64,000 bases of DNA from assembly GCF_018350175.1 (NCBI RefSeq), contig NC_058368.1, forward strand, positions 107,324,001 through 107,388,000, written 5' to 3'. Position 1 is the stretch's first letter. The number at the start of each line of letters is the position of its first letter. The DNA comes from Felis catus. Lineage: Eukaryota. Of the stretch, positions 63,439-64,000 are shown piece after piece. The notes beneath the pieces were generated by a model that had not been told where the DNA came from, ran no database searches, and worked only from the letters and a program-made list of their open reading frames with translations. The translations under genes and the position numbers were made by a program.

Positions 63439-64000
63439 TTAGCATTTCACAAATGCAAATAGAGTTAGAACGGTTGTACAGTTTTGCACCCTAGGTGGTA
63501 TTTGTAACTGTGTGAAAAAGCATGAGTATTTTAGGTGTAACAAAATCTGCCTTTGACCTTTTGAATATTTTACCACATCCTTGTCCTTTTCAAAATGACT
63601 ACCCGTTTTTAATTCCAAAAATTTACTGAGGTTGAGGCACATTTTAATATATTCAACCTGTTCTTGTTAGGACAAACTTAAAACATTATGTGTTCTGAAC
63701 TGCAAGGCACCATAGTGACCAACTAAGACTATAATACCGTGGCATTTTTCTCGAATTTAGGCCATCTCCCAAAACAATTTTAGGAAAACAAGCAGTTCAG
63801 TGTGGATGGTATTTTGTTTTCTAGATTTTTCCGCCAAAACAAAGCCATTTTGTGAGAGGGAATAAGTTCAAGTATATGAAAAAATATCTGGTCATTATTT
63901 TAAATTAGACACAATTACATTTCAGTTTTGTTAGTAGAACAGACTGGTTTTTAAAGTCGTGTTATAAATTACAGCTGCAGTGAATCTTTGTCATAGATGG
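63439..64000 (-). pseudogene. Candidate large relic exon (5' end outside window)
   Basis: 63867-63439 is 143 codons in one frame with only two internal TAA stops. Confidence 0.55.

Larger units (their letters stand above)
1..64000 (-). pseudogene. Candidate decayed multi-exon (unprocessed) gene, identity unknown; extends beyond both window ends
   Basis: About 25 minus-strand segments of 50-530 nt (one ~1 kb), most with acceptor/donor pairs, lying in non-repeat sequence. Short introns separate several pairs. Frames are protein-like but contain stops and frameshifts. Confidence 0.6.

Noticed and set aside
1..64000. CRISPR array or prokaryote-type system
   Set aside because: No regularly spaced repeat-spacer array or operon-like ORFs; the sequence is mammalian

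Overview
AT-rich, repeat-dense mammalian DNA from a felid: it carries about 25 carnivore tRNA-derived Can-SINEs, four of them near-identical young cat-type copies with TSDs. I found no intact protein-coding gene, RNA gene or CRISPR array. Most ORFs in the supplied track fall in LINE-1, SINE, ERVL or low-complexity sequence. The main hidden structure is an apparent decayed multi-exon gene on the minus strand running across the whole window. It comprises roughly 25 exon-sized segments, most bounded by polypyrimidine-YAG acceptors and GT donors, several pairs separated by 100-140 nt introns. Their protein-like frames are broken by stops, frameshifts and a SINE. I cannot name the gene. One of its introns holds a CpG-island promoter (~7130-8090) with E-box, ETS, GC-box, NRF1 and CCAAT motifs. 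The island is bracketed by a diverged ~190-bp direct repeat and abuts an ERVL pol remnant. Two local duplications were also found: an inverted ~430-bp copy of 49.85-50.29 kb inside an LTR33 at 4.65-5.09 kb, and a ~105-bp direct copy. All family names, identities and exon calls are by eye and need RepeatMasker and alignment confirmation.
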